Shown piece by piece: positions 30,643 to 40,185 of a stretch of DNA of 64,000 nucleotides. The notes under the pieces were generated by a model. It was not told the origin of the DNA. It did no database searches and worked only from the letters and a program-made list of their open reading frames with translations. Numbering within the stretch: position 1 is the first letter of the stretch; each line of letters begins with the position of its first letter. Source of the stretch: an uncultured virus (IMG/VR IMGVR_UViG_3300035034_004488) (lineage: Duplodnaviria; Heunggongvirae; Uroviricota; Caudoviricetes); the IMG/VR virus record IMGVR_UViG_3300035034_004488, one strand, 5' to 3'. A program made the translations under genes and the position numbers.

Positions 30643-30684
30643 TCGATTTTGCTGCCCCTGTAAAAGCCAAGGCAGCAAAATCGA
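30643..30684. terminator. 14-bp perfect inverted repeat between convergent genes
   Basis: tcgattttgctgcc / ggcagcaaaatcga with a 14-nt loop. Confidence 0.55.
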
Positions 30685-30828
30685 GCCATGCCGTGACTTC
30701 GGAGAACCGCTCCATTAACCCCGCCCGGCCCCGTACCTGGTCAAAAATCGCGTATCTGGTCTGCACGGAAAGTGCGGCTCATTTTCGGGTTTTATTCGGC
30801 GGGAATCCCCTGGAGCCTCCCAAAGCCC

Positions 30829-31335
30829 TCACCACTTCAACCGGAAAGGGGCCTTCGGGTCGATCACAGTGCGCACGCGTTCCCCACCCCTCGCCATACA
30901 CGCCCTGGTGACCACCAACGACGCGTACAGCTCATACAAATCGGAGGGGAGGACCGTGCGTCCCTCCAGGGTCGGACAGATTTGCATGGCACGCCTCACC
31001 AGAGCGTCCACCTCCAGCAGGTACTCATCCGCCCAACCGTAGTACAGCTCATCCACATAGCCCTTGACCGCTACCCAGTCGACCTCATCGGAGCGCATCT
31101 CGCTCACCGCTGCATCGAACACCCCGCGCATCGAGGGCTCTTGCTGAGGCTCTTGCTGAGGCTCTTGCTGAGGCTCTTGCTCCACTACAGGATCACGGGT
31201 CCTGATGATGAGCATGGCGCCCCCCATATGACGTTCGACGCGTGTAGGCGTGTGTTTCCGGGTGATCATGCGCCTATTCAGCTCACGGAGCTTGGCGAGC
31301 GCACGTTCGATCGAGGTAGGCGAGTCTTTGGACAT
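30829..31335 (-). CDS. Hypothetical protein with QEPQ repeats
   Basis: 168 aa with AGGAG RBS; 12-bp tandem repeat at about 31136-31181. Confidence 0.7.
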   Translation of the reverse strand: MSKDSPTSIERALAKLRELNRRMITRKHTPTRVERHMGGAMLIIRTRDPVVEQEPQQEPQQEPQQEPSMRGVFDAAVSEMRSDEVDWVAVKGYVDELYYGWADEYLLEVDALVRRAMQICPTLEGRTVLPSDLYELYASLVVTRACMARGGERVRTVIDPKAPFRLKW

Positions 31336-31792
31336 GGATCACAGCTCCTGGCACGGCAGAATGACTCCCTGAAGGTAGCACGGCAGTGGCATACGTGTAC
31401 AGAAGCGTGGCGATCATGCGCCACCCGACCGCACCCAGGCCGCCAACGCCTTTCCCAACCGAGTCGAGGTGTCCTGTGGAGGTGTCAGATCACACGGAGC
31501 CACATGAAGGGACAGGCCAACGAGGGCGAGGGTGAGTCGGGAGGATTGGATCGTGATCAGACCCACGGAGACCTGCCAGTGGCGCTCTCCGAGGCGGTCA
31601 ATATCGAACACATCGCCGTAGCTGGCGCTGTCGTCGTCGATGTACCACATGCAAGAGCCCTTCGATGTGAGCCAGGAACCGGTGGGCAAGGTTTTTGAAA
31701 CGCTCCCACGCGATTCAGAAATCCGAAATTTGCTCTTGAAAATTTCTACCGGGTATGCAGGCCCGAAAAGGGCCTCACGCTTCCTGGACGGG

Positions 31793-32584
31793 CTAGATGT
31801 TTAACTGGTCGTCATGGAGACTCCGCATGAGAGCCTCGTCGGTCATGTCCATGTATTCGCAGAAACGCGCCCTACCATGCAGCGCTGATCGAACCACAGC
31901 AAAAAAGACATCAGGGTCCCCTCCAAGGCGGTGAAGGCGCCTCACGAACGCCTCCAGAGAGGGGACCTTCAAAGCAGGCAACATTCTCCTGCTCCAAAGA
32001 ACCAGTGCTGCGTACGAACTCGAAAACGTTGTACCCACCTCCCCACGGGGCTCCAGTGTCCAGGCGCCGAAGCGCTCTTCAAAACCATACGAGAGTGGTT
32101 CAAAGCTCACACCCTCTCGACCCACGGTGAAAGGGACCTCACCCCGGAGCACCTGATCCAGGGGAGGCAAGTCAAGTATCTCCTGCATACGGCCATTACC
32201 GTACTCCAAACTCACACGATGAAACTCCCCTGCATCTACCCAGTCCAGTAGGGACATGACCAGCGCCTCCTTCAACGCCTTCCAAGCAGGGCTACCCTCG
32301 GCGGGAGGGTGAGCCGTAACAGCGCCTTGCGCCTGGATATACTGGAAGTTTTGAGGCAAGGGGACGCGCCCGGTGGCCGCGATAGTAATAGTCTCCTTAC
32401 ACACCTCCAGGAGATGCCAGGAGCGCGTGTCTGCGATACGTCGTAGAATCGCAGCACGAGCCTCGTCCGCATGTTCCTCGCTCATCTGATAGGTAGACGC
32501 CCACAGATCGCGCGTAGTACGCCCCCACCAATGCCTGCCAAGAGCGCTCCGCCATTCACCGGACCCGAACTCCATCGTAGACAT
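31793..32584 (-). CDS. Hypothetical protein, paralog family A
   Basis: MEFGSGEWRSALGRHWWG...DEALMRSLHDDQLN. Confidence 0.75.
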   Translation of the reverse strand: MSTMEFGSGEWRSALGRHWWGRTTRDLWASTYQMSEEHADEARAAILRRIADTRSWHLLEVCKETITIAATGRVPLPQNFQYIQAQGAVTAHPPAEGSPAWKALKEALVMSLLDWVDAGEFHRVSLEYGNGRMQEILDLPPLDQVLRGEVPFTVGREGVSFEPLSYGFEERFGAWTLEPRGEVGTTFSSSYAALVLWSRRMLPALKVPSLEAFVRRLHRLGGDPDVFFAVVRSALHGRARFCEYMDMTDEALMRSLHDDQLNI

Positions 32585-32585
32585 C

Positions 32586-32834
32586 TCACAGACCCCCAAG
32601 GAGGGCGATCTGACGTGCCGCCGACTTCCCCGCCTGAGACCGGCTGGGGCAGTGGGTCTTCTGACCCATCAACCCGTTGGTGAGGAGCCAGCCCTCCCCC
32701 GTCTTGTCGCAGGTGAGGAGCACGGCGCGCTCCTCCACCCGGCCGTCCGCACCCTTGAGAGGCATGCGTCGGAACCAGACGTACTCCTCATCGCTCATCT
32801 TGTCGAACTTGACCATGCCCTTCTCCGTGTTCAT
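32586..32834 (-). CDS. Small hypothetical protein
   Basis: MNTEKG... after a GGAG RBS; promoter-leader at 32851-32903. Confidence 0.65.
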   Translation of the reverse strand: MNTEKGMVKFDKMSDEEYVWFRRMPLKGADGRVEERAVLLTCDKTGEGWLLTNGLMGQKTHCPSRSQAGKSAARQIALLGGL

Positions 32835-32974
32835 TGCCGTCTCCGTGCTTGTCTGTGTGGTCTTACACATTCTATATACCACAAGGGTAGGGGGGACGTA
32901 AAACAGTCTCACGTCATTCGATCGGAAACATCCTGGGGACTTGAGAGCCTAAAACCACAACACGGCCTACGGCG

Positions 32975-33844
32975 TCAAGTAGATTGAGGCTCGGTCGCCG
33001 CCTCGCGTAGGGCTGAGAGGAAGGGGTCTCCAGATAGGAGGGTGGGATGGGGTCCGGTATGGTTCCCGGAGATAGGAAGGTAGCGGTTGAGTTCGTCTTC
33101 GTGGATCATACGCATCAGGGCCGTGTCGTCCTCGATAGCGAGCAGCTCCGCGACATCCAGATCATCTGCGCTATCTCCATGGAGCACGAACTGGGGGTCC
33201 ATGCCCAGCCCATGGAGGCAAGTGATAAGGCTCAATTGAGGCTCCCAGGACTCCTCAGCAGGGAGACTGTCCCCGAAGGGGTACGGACGGTTCGCAATGT
33301 AGGACGCCACGCTGGAGCTAGCGAGGCACCACATGTGGTAGCGACGTCGAGAACGCTTGCGAAAGTGAAGCTGAAAGGTCCAGCTCCCGGGGACAGTCTC
33401 CCAGCGGCCTTCAAGGTGTGGCTGGTGACCCGGATCGGGCTCGCCACGAAGGAACCGCCCCGTAGCGACGTGAAGGCGCTCATGCAATACCCCTTGAATA
33501 GACTTGGGCAAGTTCAAGCAGTCAGGCTCCACCCCCAAGTGCTTCAGCAACGCGTCCGAATCAATCACACCAAACAGGCCACGTTGCATCTCCACCCATA
33601 CGAGCGAGCCTTCGACCGGACGAGTAGCCGTAACAGGTTGAGAGCAGTAGCCCGTGGCCGAGTCCTGACACCAGGAGAACAGGTGCCACGCCTTGGCCCG
33701 GTTCAAGGTCTTGAGGATCGCCTCTCGCGCGATCTCCTGGACCTCTTCGGGCATGACAGCCGTGGACGCCCAGAGGTAATGCGTGTTGTGTCCCCACCAG
33801 AAGCGTTCGAGGCGCGCGCGCCAGTCTCCAGATCCGAATTCCAT
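32975..33844 (-). CDS. Hypothetical protein, paralog family A
   Basis: MEFGSGDWRARLERFWWG...LLAIEDDTALMRMIHEDELN. Confidence 0.75.
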   Translation of the reverse strand: MEFGSGDWRARLERFWWGHNTHYLWASTAVMPEEVQEIAREAILKTLNRAKAWHLFSWCQDSATGYCSQPVTATRPVEGSLVWVEMQRGLFGVIDSDALLKHLGVEPDCLNLPKSIQGVLHERLHVATGRFLRGEPDPGHQPHLEGRWETVPGSWTFQLHFRKRSRRRYHMWCLASSSVASYIANRPYPFGDSLPAEESWEPQLSLITCLHGLGMDPQFVLHGDSADDLDVAELLAIEDDTALMRMIHEDELNRYLPISGNHTGPHPTLLSGDPFLSALREAATEPQST

Positions 33845-33860
33845 GGGTCTTACTCAGGGT

Positions 33861-34670
33861 TCAAGGGGTGCTTGTGGAGGGGCCGGGCTTCGAGAACACA
33901 CGCCTCAAAATGTAGAGTGTCCAGGACCGACGCAAGGCCGCATGGGAGGGATGCCCTTCGGTAGGCCTCATGGCGCCGGGAGCGCCCAGACGTACCGCAA
34001 GATCCAGGTCAAGGTTCGACAGCTCGGGGTCCAACTGGGCATACCGCAAGACGATGTTGACGACCCAACAAGAGTACACGCAATCAAAGGCCGTCGTGAG
34101 CGGGGACTTGGCCGCCGCATCCAGTCCCAGGTTATCCAACGCGGGGCCGCCGCCTTGAAGCAGCGTCTCCTCTCCAACCGTAGCGAAATGACGTGGAGGT
34201 AGGCTCCCAGAGGCCAGCGCGTCTCGATACAACACCATGTGGTCATCGAGGTATGCGAGGGTCTCCACAGGGAGCACGTGTTGGTACGACTTGATATGCC
34301 GAGCGGCTGCTTCAACACATGGCAAGGCCCACAGGAAGGGGAGGTAAGCTTGAGCCGTCCTCGCCCACAAGGAGGTATCCAGTATCGAAAGGGACCCCTC
34401 CTCATAGAGGTCGAACTCAGACCTACCCATCTCCCCGTCCCACTCCACCTTGGAGAGAAGCTGCTTCACGTCCCCATGGGTGAAGAACCCGTCCAGGGTC
34501 TCCTCGAAATCGGGGATGCCCCACCCCTTGGCGACATCAAACGCGTACCCACGCTCTTGACGGGTGAGCGTGGGCACGCGCAAGAGGAGTTCCTTGAGGT
34601 ACACCGAGCTATGTGCAGGCTCAAACCCGTGGAGGAAGGAGCGAAGGTCGCCAAAGGTGTCTTGGGTCAT
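33861..34670 (-). CDS. Hypothetical protein, paralog family B
   Basis: MTQDTFGDLRSFLHG...EGSLSIL...RRSWTLYILRR. Confidence 0.75.
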   Translation of the reverse strand: MTQDTFGDLRSFLHGFEPAHSSVYLKELLLRVPTLTRQERGYAFDVAKGWGIPDFEETLDGFFTHGDVKQLLSKVEWDGEMGRSEFDLYEEGSLSILDTSLWARTAQAYLPFLWALPCVEAAARHIKSYQHVLPVETLAYLDDHMVLYRDALASGSLPPRHFATVGEETLLQGGGPALDNLGLDAAAKSPLTTAFDCVYSCWVVNIVLRYAQLDPELSNLDLDLAVRLGAPGAMRPTEGHPSHAALRRSWTLYILRRVFSKPGPSTSTP

Positions 34671-34687
34671 GTCGAGACTCGGGGGGT

Positions 34688-35374
34688 TCAGGGTTCAAGG
34701 GGTGGGAAGGCGCGTCGCAGCAGCTCAAGAAAGTCGATGTCAAGGCGAAAGACGTCCAGTGACCCCCGCAAAAGGTCGGGGTCCTCGCCCACAAGCTCGG
34801 AACCGATCAGGCGGCACACCAGCTCCTTGTGGGGGCCGACCTCCCAGACACGGAGCAGGCTCTCTCCCCGAACGTAGGCATGCTGCCCAAGCCCTTGACG
34901 CGAACGCGTCCAGCCATGAGCCCGGAGGAGCCGTAGCAAGGCCTCGTCAAGGGTCGCCCCTGCCAAGCCGTTGAACAGGTGGAGGTGGTCGCCTTGGTAG
35001 GCGATCTTGAGGTCTCTGAGGAAGAGGTCGATGGTGGACAGGACCTCAGACGGCACCTCCTCTTTGAAATCTTGCGCGAAGGGCACCGCCGAGTACCAGC
35101 GCACCTCACCCGATAAGCATGGCGAAGCGACCCGAAGACCATACCGGTTGAAGTAGAGCAAATGCTCACCCGTATCTGAGCGACATGGAGACCTCCAGGC
35201 GCTTGCGTACGGGATATTCAACTGACTCCAGATCGCCTTCTGAACCCCCTCCCAGGAGTGGACGATCTTGTACTCGCTCAGGTCCACCTCCGCTTTCTTC
35301 ACCTCGACACCTCCATGTAGAGTCACACTCCGAGGAGTGTACCACACCCCGCCTTGAGCGTCAAACAGATTCAC
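34688..35374 (-). CDS. Hypothetical protein, possible distant family C member
   Basis: 3' part of track ORF 34688..35494; start uncertain (GTG overlapping the upstream stop); C-terminal LDVFRLDIDFLELLRRAF. Confidence 0.55.
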   Translation of the reverse strand: MNLFDAQGGVWYTPRSVTLHGGVEVKKAEVDLSEYKIVHSWEGVQKAIWSQLNIPYASAWRSPCRSDTGEHLLYFNRYGLRVASPCLSGEVRWYSAVPFAQDFKEEVPSEVLSTIDLFLRDLKIAYQGDHLHLFNGLAGATLDEALLRLLRAHGWTRSRQGLGQHAYVRGESLLRVWEVGPHKELVCRLIGSELVGEDPDLLRGSLDVFRLDIDFLELLRRAFPPLEP

Positions 35375-36176
35375 GCGTTCGGGGAGGACAACCATCGTCG
35401 AAGCACGAAGGTCTTCCAGGACCGACGGTACGCGTCGTAGGCCTTGGTGTGTGCGTAGTCTGAGAGGTAGGGACCATGACCCGACACTCCGCACTCAAGT
35501 TGCGTTCGATGTTGGAGAACCTGCGACGGATCAGGCACGCAGGTCGCGAGATAGGCGTTGCCGACCTTGTGCCGTCTTAGAGACTCACTGGCATCGTTCG
35601 TATCATACCAACGGTCTACCAACGGTCTACCAACGGGCGCGCGAAGCTCGGACTCCATGCCGAAGATGAGCCGGGGTCCTGGAGAAAGCCACGTAACGAC
35701 CGCAGATGAAACGCGAGGGTATCATACTGCTCATGTGTGAGACTGACCGTACGCTCCCAAAAGGAAACACACTCCTGCCGGTAAGGGAGCGTCCACTCAA
35801 GAGCTGTCTTGAGGTCCTCCTCTTCTGGATGTGACCACAGCTTCGTCCTGACTACGGACAGGCTGCCCTCTCGTAAGGGATCACAGTTCTCCATATACAT
35901 CGCGCCGACGAGGTAGTCGTCCCAGTAGGGGCGGCGGGCGATATTACCCCCGTCACGAGGCTTCGCCCACCACTGAGCATGCTCCAGGAGGTCTTCAACG
36001 TCTCCCGACTCCCAGAACGCCTCCCACTCGACAGGGAAGTGGTCCTCCAATGCCTGACGGGCATACACGCGCTCTTCCTGCGTCAGCGAGGGGTAGCGTA
36101 CGAGGATCTTATCTACCTCCCCACCATGTACGAGGGAGCGGAGGTCACCAAACCGGTCTTTCATGTCTTGGGTCAT
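35371..36176 (-). CDS. Family B paralog interrupted by an 11-bp tandem repeat
   Basis: N-part FGDLRSLVHG...EGSLSVV and C-part RRSWKTFVLRR both match 33861..34670. Deleting one repeat unit fuses them in frame. Confidence 0.75.
35606..35638. repeat. 11-bp tandem repeat x3 (taccaacggtc)
   Basis: taccaacggtc taccaacggtc taccaacgggc. Confidence 0.95.
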
Positions 36177-37039
36177 TAGGGTGGGGGGAGCGGGAGGTGA
36201 CGGTTGAGCTTACGATCGTGGATCTCACGCATCAGCGCGGTGTCGTCTTCGATGGCGAGCAGCTCCTGGAGGGTCTCGGAGTTTTGGGTCTCTTTGTTGA
36301 GCACGAACTGACCGTCCATCCCGAGCCCCTGGACACGCGTGACGAGCGCGAGCCTGTCAGGGTCTTCAGCCGACCTCACGGGAGTGTCCCCCACAAAATC
36401 ACGCAGCATCCCTATGAGCGCGTTTTGAGCAGGCGTAACCTCGGCAGGGCTATCCCTCTCCAACGTCCACTTCATGGTCGTCGTACCAGAGAGCATATGC
36501 GTAGGCATGGAGTGAGTGTCCGTGAAGATGCGGCCTACCCACGCGTTTGCAGACACCCCCCACTCTATACGTCGTCCCGACACGATACAGGGATGGGTTT
36601 CCCCCTCAAGAAAGGCCGAGGCGGCCTCCACAGCGATCTCCTGTGTACGCGCGACCAACTTTGCCATGTCAGCGGGGTTATCCTCCAGGGAGTCCATGTC
36701 CACATCCGCAACGAACGCCGCGTCCTCCAGGACGTAGTGGCCAATAGCCTCGCGAGATATGAAGGGTTCTATAGACGGGTAGAGACTCGTCCACCCAAAG
36801 CACCCCTTCACGGGCTTCGCACTTGTCACCGGCAGCGCCGCATAACCACGGAGGTCATCCTCACACCAGGAGAGCAGATGCCACGCCTCTGCACGTCCCA
36901 CAGCAGCCAGGATCGCCTTCTTGGCCTCCGCCTGCCTCTCTTCAGGCATCCAACAGGCCGCTTGCCACAGGTGAAACGTCGTATGACCCCACCAAAGCCT
37001 CCCCATCGCCGCGCGCCACTCTCCAGATCCAAATTCCAT
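36176..37039 (-). CDS. Hypothetical protein, paralog family A
   Basis: MEFGSGEWRAAMGRLWWG...LLAIEDDTALMREIHDRKLN. Confidence 0.75.
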   Translation of the reverse strand: MEFGSGEWRAAMGRLWWGHTTFHLWQAACWMPEERQAEAKKAILAAVGRAEAWHLLSWCEDDLRGYAALPVTSAKPVKGCFGWTSLYPSIEPFISREAIGHYVLEDAAFVADVDMDSLEDNPADMAKLVARTQEIAVEAASAFLEGETHPCIVSGRRIEWGVSANAWVGRIFTDTHSMPTHMLSGTTTMKWTLERDSPAEVTPAQNALIGMLRDFVGDTPVRSAEDPDRLALVTRVQGLGMDGQFVLNKETQNSETLQELLAIEDDTALMREIHDRKLNRHLPLPPP

Positions 37040-37109
37040 ACCTCAACCTCTCCGCTAAAGGGGATTCAAGCGAGGACAGTATCACACCTTGGGCGGATAT
37101 GTAAAGACT

Positions 37110-38243
37110 TCATGAGCCCTCAAACGCGAGGAGGAACTTCAACAGGAGGGCTTCGAGCTTGGGTTGGAGGCGGAGCATCGTCTGAACCGTATCAGCAAGG
37201 TGGCTGTGATCCCGTCGGTACTGCTCAAGGTAGGCCATGTCAACGATCGCATAGGCGCCGGGGTAATTGAAGTGGTGACTCACCCCATGCACCCCTATGG
37301 GGACCCTGGCATCGTCTCGGATCACCGAAGCGGTCATATGAAGCAGGCGCGATTCGCTGAACAGACCCACCTCGCGTGTGTAGGTGGCACTTAGGAGGAA
37401 GGGCGCGAGGCAGAGGTTGACCTTGGTGTAGACGGAACTGATCTCGACGGCGTGGCAGCCCTGGAACAGCTCCAGACACTGAGCTTCGACCTCGGAACAG
37501 GCATGATAGTAGTCGTACATGGGGTCTCCGAGAGGGCTAGAGAAGACTGAACACCTTATCAGCGTAAAAAATCCGAGGCCTTCGGCCAAGATGTCGTCCG
37601 CAGCGGCTTTACACGCAGGAACGGACCCCTCCGTCATCTGGTAAGCGGCGTCTGCCATGAGGTAGGCGAAGGACTCCCAGTCGCCGCCACTGTCAGACAG
37701 CTCAAGCAAGACACGTGCGGCGTGGCCCTCGGGAGAGTCGCGCGGAGGCTGGTAAATGTTCCACAGGAGCGCCGAACGCCTCCACAGGAGCGCCGAACGC
37801 GTAGCGTTCATAACCTCACCCGTTCGCAGGCGTGCCTCAAGGGGACCAAGCGCCGTTCGAGGTGACGCGGGGTACGGCCTGGACCCGACGTGTCCCTCTT
37901 CCGGGGCCTGTTCAAGCCACGACTCCCAAATGACTACCAACTCTTGCGCCCGCGCAAGAACCCACTCGACGCTCCAGGCCTCAAGGTCATGTGAGACGGA
38001 CGTGGCAACCTCTACATCCCCCACACGCAGGACCCACTCCGCGTCATCAGCACGTCTCTCACATAGGCTCCACACGGAAACCGCTGCCATCGCCTCCAGA
38101 CCCACTCCGAGGTCACGAGCATAGCGAAAGAGGTCCTCCCACTTCGGATCACCGTACCCTTGCATCAGGGCTTGAGCTGCCAATGGGAAGGCGCGGGCGG
38201 CCACATGGGACCGTATCTCGGAAAAATGTCGTAAGGCATTCAT
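37110..38243 (-). CDS. Hypothetical protein with family B-like N-terminus
   Basis: HFSEIRSHV motif; internal 21-bp duplication at 37760-37800 (RSALLW x2). Confidence 0.7.
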   Translation of the reverse strand: MNALRHFSEIRSHVAARAFPLAAQALMQGYGDPKWEDLFRYARDLGVGLEAMAAVSVWSLCERRADDAEWVLRVGDVEVATSVSHDLEAWSVEWVLARAQELVVIWESWLEQAPEEGHVGSRPYPASPRTALGPLEARLRTGEVMNATRSALLWRRSALLWNIYQPPRDSPEGHAARVLLELSDSGGDWESFAYLMADAAYQMTEGSVPACKAAADDILAEGLGFFTLIRCSVFSSPLGDPMYDYYHACSEVEAQCLELFQGCHAVEISSVYTKVNLCLAPFLLSATYTREVGLFSESRLLHMTASVIRDDARVPIGVHGVSHHFNYPGAYAIVDMAYLEQYRRDHSHLADTVQTMLRLQPKLEALLLKFLLAFEGS

Positions 38244-38376
38244 AGTTCTCCCTGGCTGAGCGTCCCGGAACGATACCTTTGGATGCCCATGTCGTCAAGC
38301 TCTCCGGGGAAAAGACTTTACACCTCCCCCCTGACTGTGATACCAGAAAGAAGTGAACTCAAGACACGGAACGACC

Positions 38377-38997
38377 ATGACTGAGCTGCCCAAAGCACTG
38401 GCGCCCTACCTCAACGGCGAAGCCCTGTGTAAGCGACCTGAGATATGGTTGCCCTACGCCCCCGAAAGCATACAACTCCGAACCTTCTGGTCCCTGCCGC
38501 CCGCATGGCATTGCGTGTACGGAGAGGTGCGGCCTCTGCGAATGCAGTATGGACGGTTGGGGGATCGCATCCAGCGAATGAAACAGGACCGACCCGAGCA
38601 TAAGTCGTATCGGGAGAGCCTGGAGGCTCTCGTCGGGGCTGTACACGTCGAGGACCAGGACGGGGTACGTTACTACTGGGAGGGTAGGCTCTCAACAGAG
38701 CTGGAACCGAGCATGACGAGGCGTCTGGAGGATCTGGGACTGGTGTTCTCGCATACCACCGCTGAGATACACTACGACATCCCGGAAAAGCTGCGGCCCG
38801 AGGGCTGTGGATACCAACTCAAGTTCTACTTGGAGCCTGGAATCGTCGCCAGCCTCGTCCCCAAGGCCAACCTCCACATCAAGAGCCCCGAGCACGCCTG
38901 GAAGATCCAGCAAGCGAACCGATACGCCGTCGAGATGTACCAGACCGTCGTGCGAATGTTCTGGGGGAGAGACGCCACCCGAGAGGTGCGAACATGA
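38377..38997 (+). CDS. Hypothetical protein, paralog family C
   Basis: WHCVYGEV...YYWEG...AVEMYQTVVRMFW. Confidence 0.75.
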   Translation: MTELPKALAPYLNGEALCKRPEIWLPYAPESIQLRTFWSLPPAWHCVYGEVRPLRMQYGRLGDRIQRMKQDRPEHKSYRESLEALVGAVHVEDQDGVRYYWEGRLSTELEPSMTRRLEDLGLVFSHTTAEIHYDIPEKLRPEGCGYQLKFYLEPGIVASLVPKANLHIKSPEHAWKIQQANRYAVEMYQTVVRMFWGRDATREVRT

Positions 38998-39584
38998 GCG
39001 CAGACTACCCCACGGGTCTTCAGCCCTACATCACGAACGAGTGGTCCAAGCTCTCCCGCATGCGGTTGGAAGTCAATGCAATCAACATCGACGTGACGTT
39101 CAAACGGCACCATCCAACGTGGTACCATCGAATCTACGGGCACGTCACGCCCTTGGAGATGGAGGTGGGAGGCTACTCCTTCGGTAAAATGATGCGAATC
39201 CTCCAGAGCCAAAGACGCCACGATTTGGACGAGCTTATGGGTGTTGAGCACGTTGTCGAGCGTGACGGGAAACTCTACTACTGGAAGGGCTACGCGACGA
39301 ACACGCCTCCTCTTGATGTCTTGACGGTTGCCGTTGACCTGGGCATGCAAACACACGGCGACCCTACTAGCGTGCCGCTCTACTTCAAGTTTCCGTCAGC
39401 CATCAAGACGCGATGGACGCTCCGCATCTCTCCCAATCGAGACCTGATACCTCAGTTAAACACCAACGGTCTCGGAGCCTGTGCCACGCCACACGAAGCA
39501 CGCGCGCAGCATATCGCCAACGGTCGCGCGATGGACTTCTACCAGACCTTCGTACGCACCTTGTGGGGTGATTCGGGTGCGTGA
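38994..39584 (+). CDS. Hypothetical protein, paralog family C
   Basis: YHRIYGHV...YYWKG...NRDLIPQL...AMDFYQTFVRTLW. Confidence 0.75.
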   Translation: MSADYPTGLQPYITNEWSKLSRMRLEVNAINIDVTFKRHHPTWYHRIYGHVTPLEMEVGGYSFGKMMRILQSQRRHDLDELMGVEHVVERDGKLYYWKGYATNTPPLDVLTVAVDLGMQTHGDPTSVPLYFKFPSAIKTRWTLRISPNRDLIPQLNTNGLGACATPHEARAQHIANGRAMDFYQTFVRTLWGDSGA

Positions 39585-39658
39585 GTTGGTGATTCTTTTT
39601 ACAAGCAGCCCCTCTTGGAGTATAGAGTACCCATCACTACACCACAAGAGGACACGAA

Positions 39659-40111
39659 ATGCAGACCAACATCAACGCCGCCGACATCAACGACACCAAC
39701 ATCTCTCAGACCCTCAAGGACGTGCCGAACTGGACCTTCAAGCACCTCGCGACGACCTCCTGGGAGCTTCGAGAGAAGCCCAAACTCATGGGCGCACTCC
39801 TCTACGCATGGGCCACCCACGGACAGCTCTCGGGAGACGCGGTGGAGAGGATGGCGGGACAGGCCTTCAAGGATGTCATGCAGCGCGCCACCCATGGCGT
39901 TCACCCTGAGAAGCTCATAGAGTTCGTCGGGGGGGAGATCTTCGTGACGACACCCGAGGTGACGAAGAAGCGGGGCTACGGCAACGGCTGGATGGTATGC
40001 TACGAGGCAGGCCCATCCAACTGGGGGGTGGGCGAGACCTGGAACTACAACAACCGGGAGGTCCTGTGTGAGACCTACTGGGGCTTCGACCTCCTCCTCA
40101 CGGCACACTGA
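39659..40111 (+). CDS. Hypothetical protein
   Basis: 150 aa with GAGGA RBS and a promoter-like TTTACA...TGGAGTATAG at 39598-39625. Confidence 0.7.
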   Translation: MQTNINAADINDTNISQTLKDVPNWTFKHLATTSWELREKPKLMGALLYAWATHGQLSGDAVERMAGQAFKDVMQRATHGVHPEKLIEFVGGEIFVTTPEVTKKRGYGNGWMVCYEAGPSNWGVGETWNYNNREVLCETYWGFDLLLTAH

Positions 40112-40130
40112 CACCTCACGGGGGAAAAGG

Positions 40131-40161
40131 TTTTACACCGAACCTCTCCTGTGGTATATAG
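40131..40161 (+). promoter_or_regulatory. Promoter-family copy
   Basis: TTTTACACCGAACCTCTCCTGTGGTATATAG. Confidence 0.7.
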
Positions 40162-40185
40162 ACAGCATGAACCCCCTACCAAAGG

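Noticed and set aside
29801..30766. 321-aa minus-strand ORF with GASGT repeats
   Set aside because: It runs across two supported + strand genes, the tandem repeat and both promoters.
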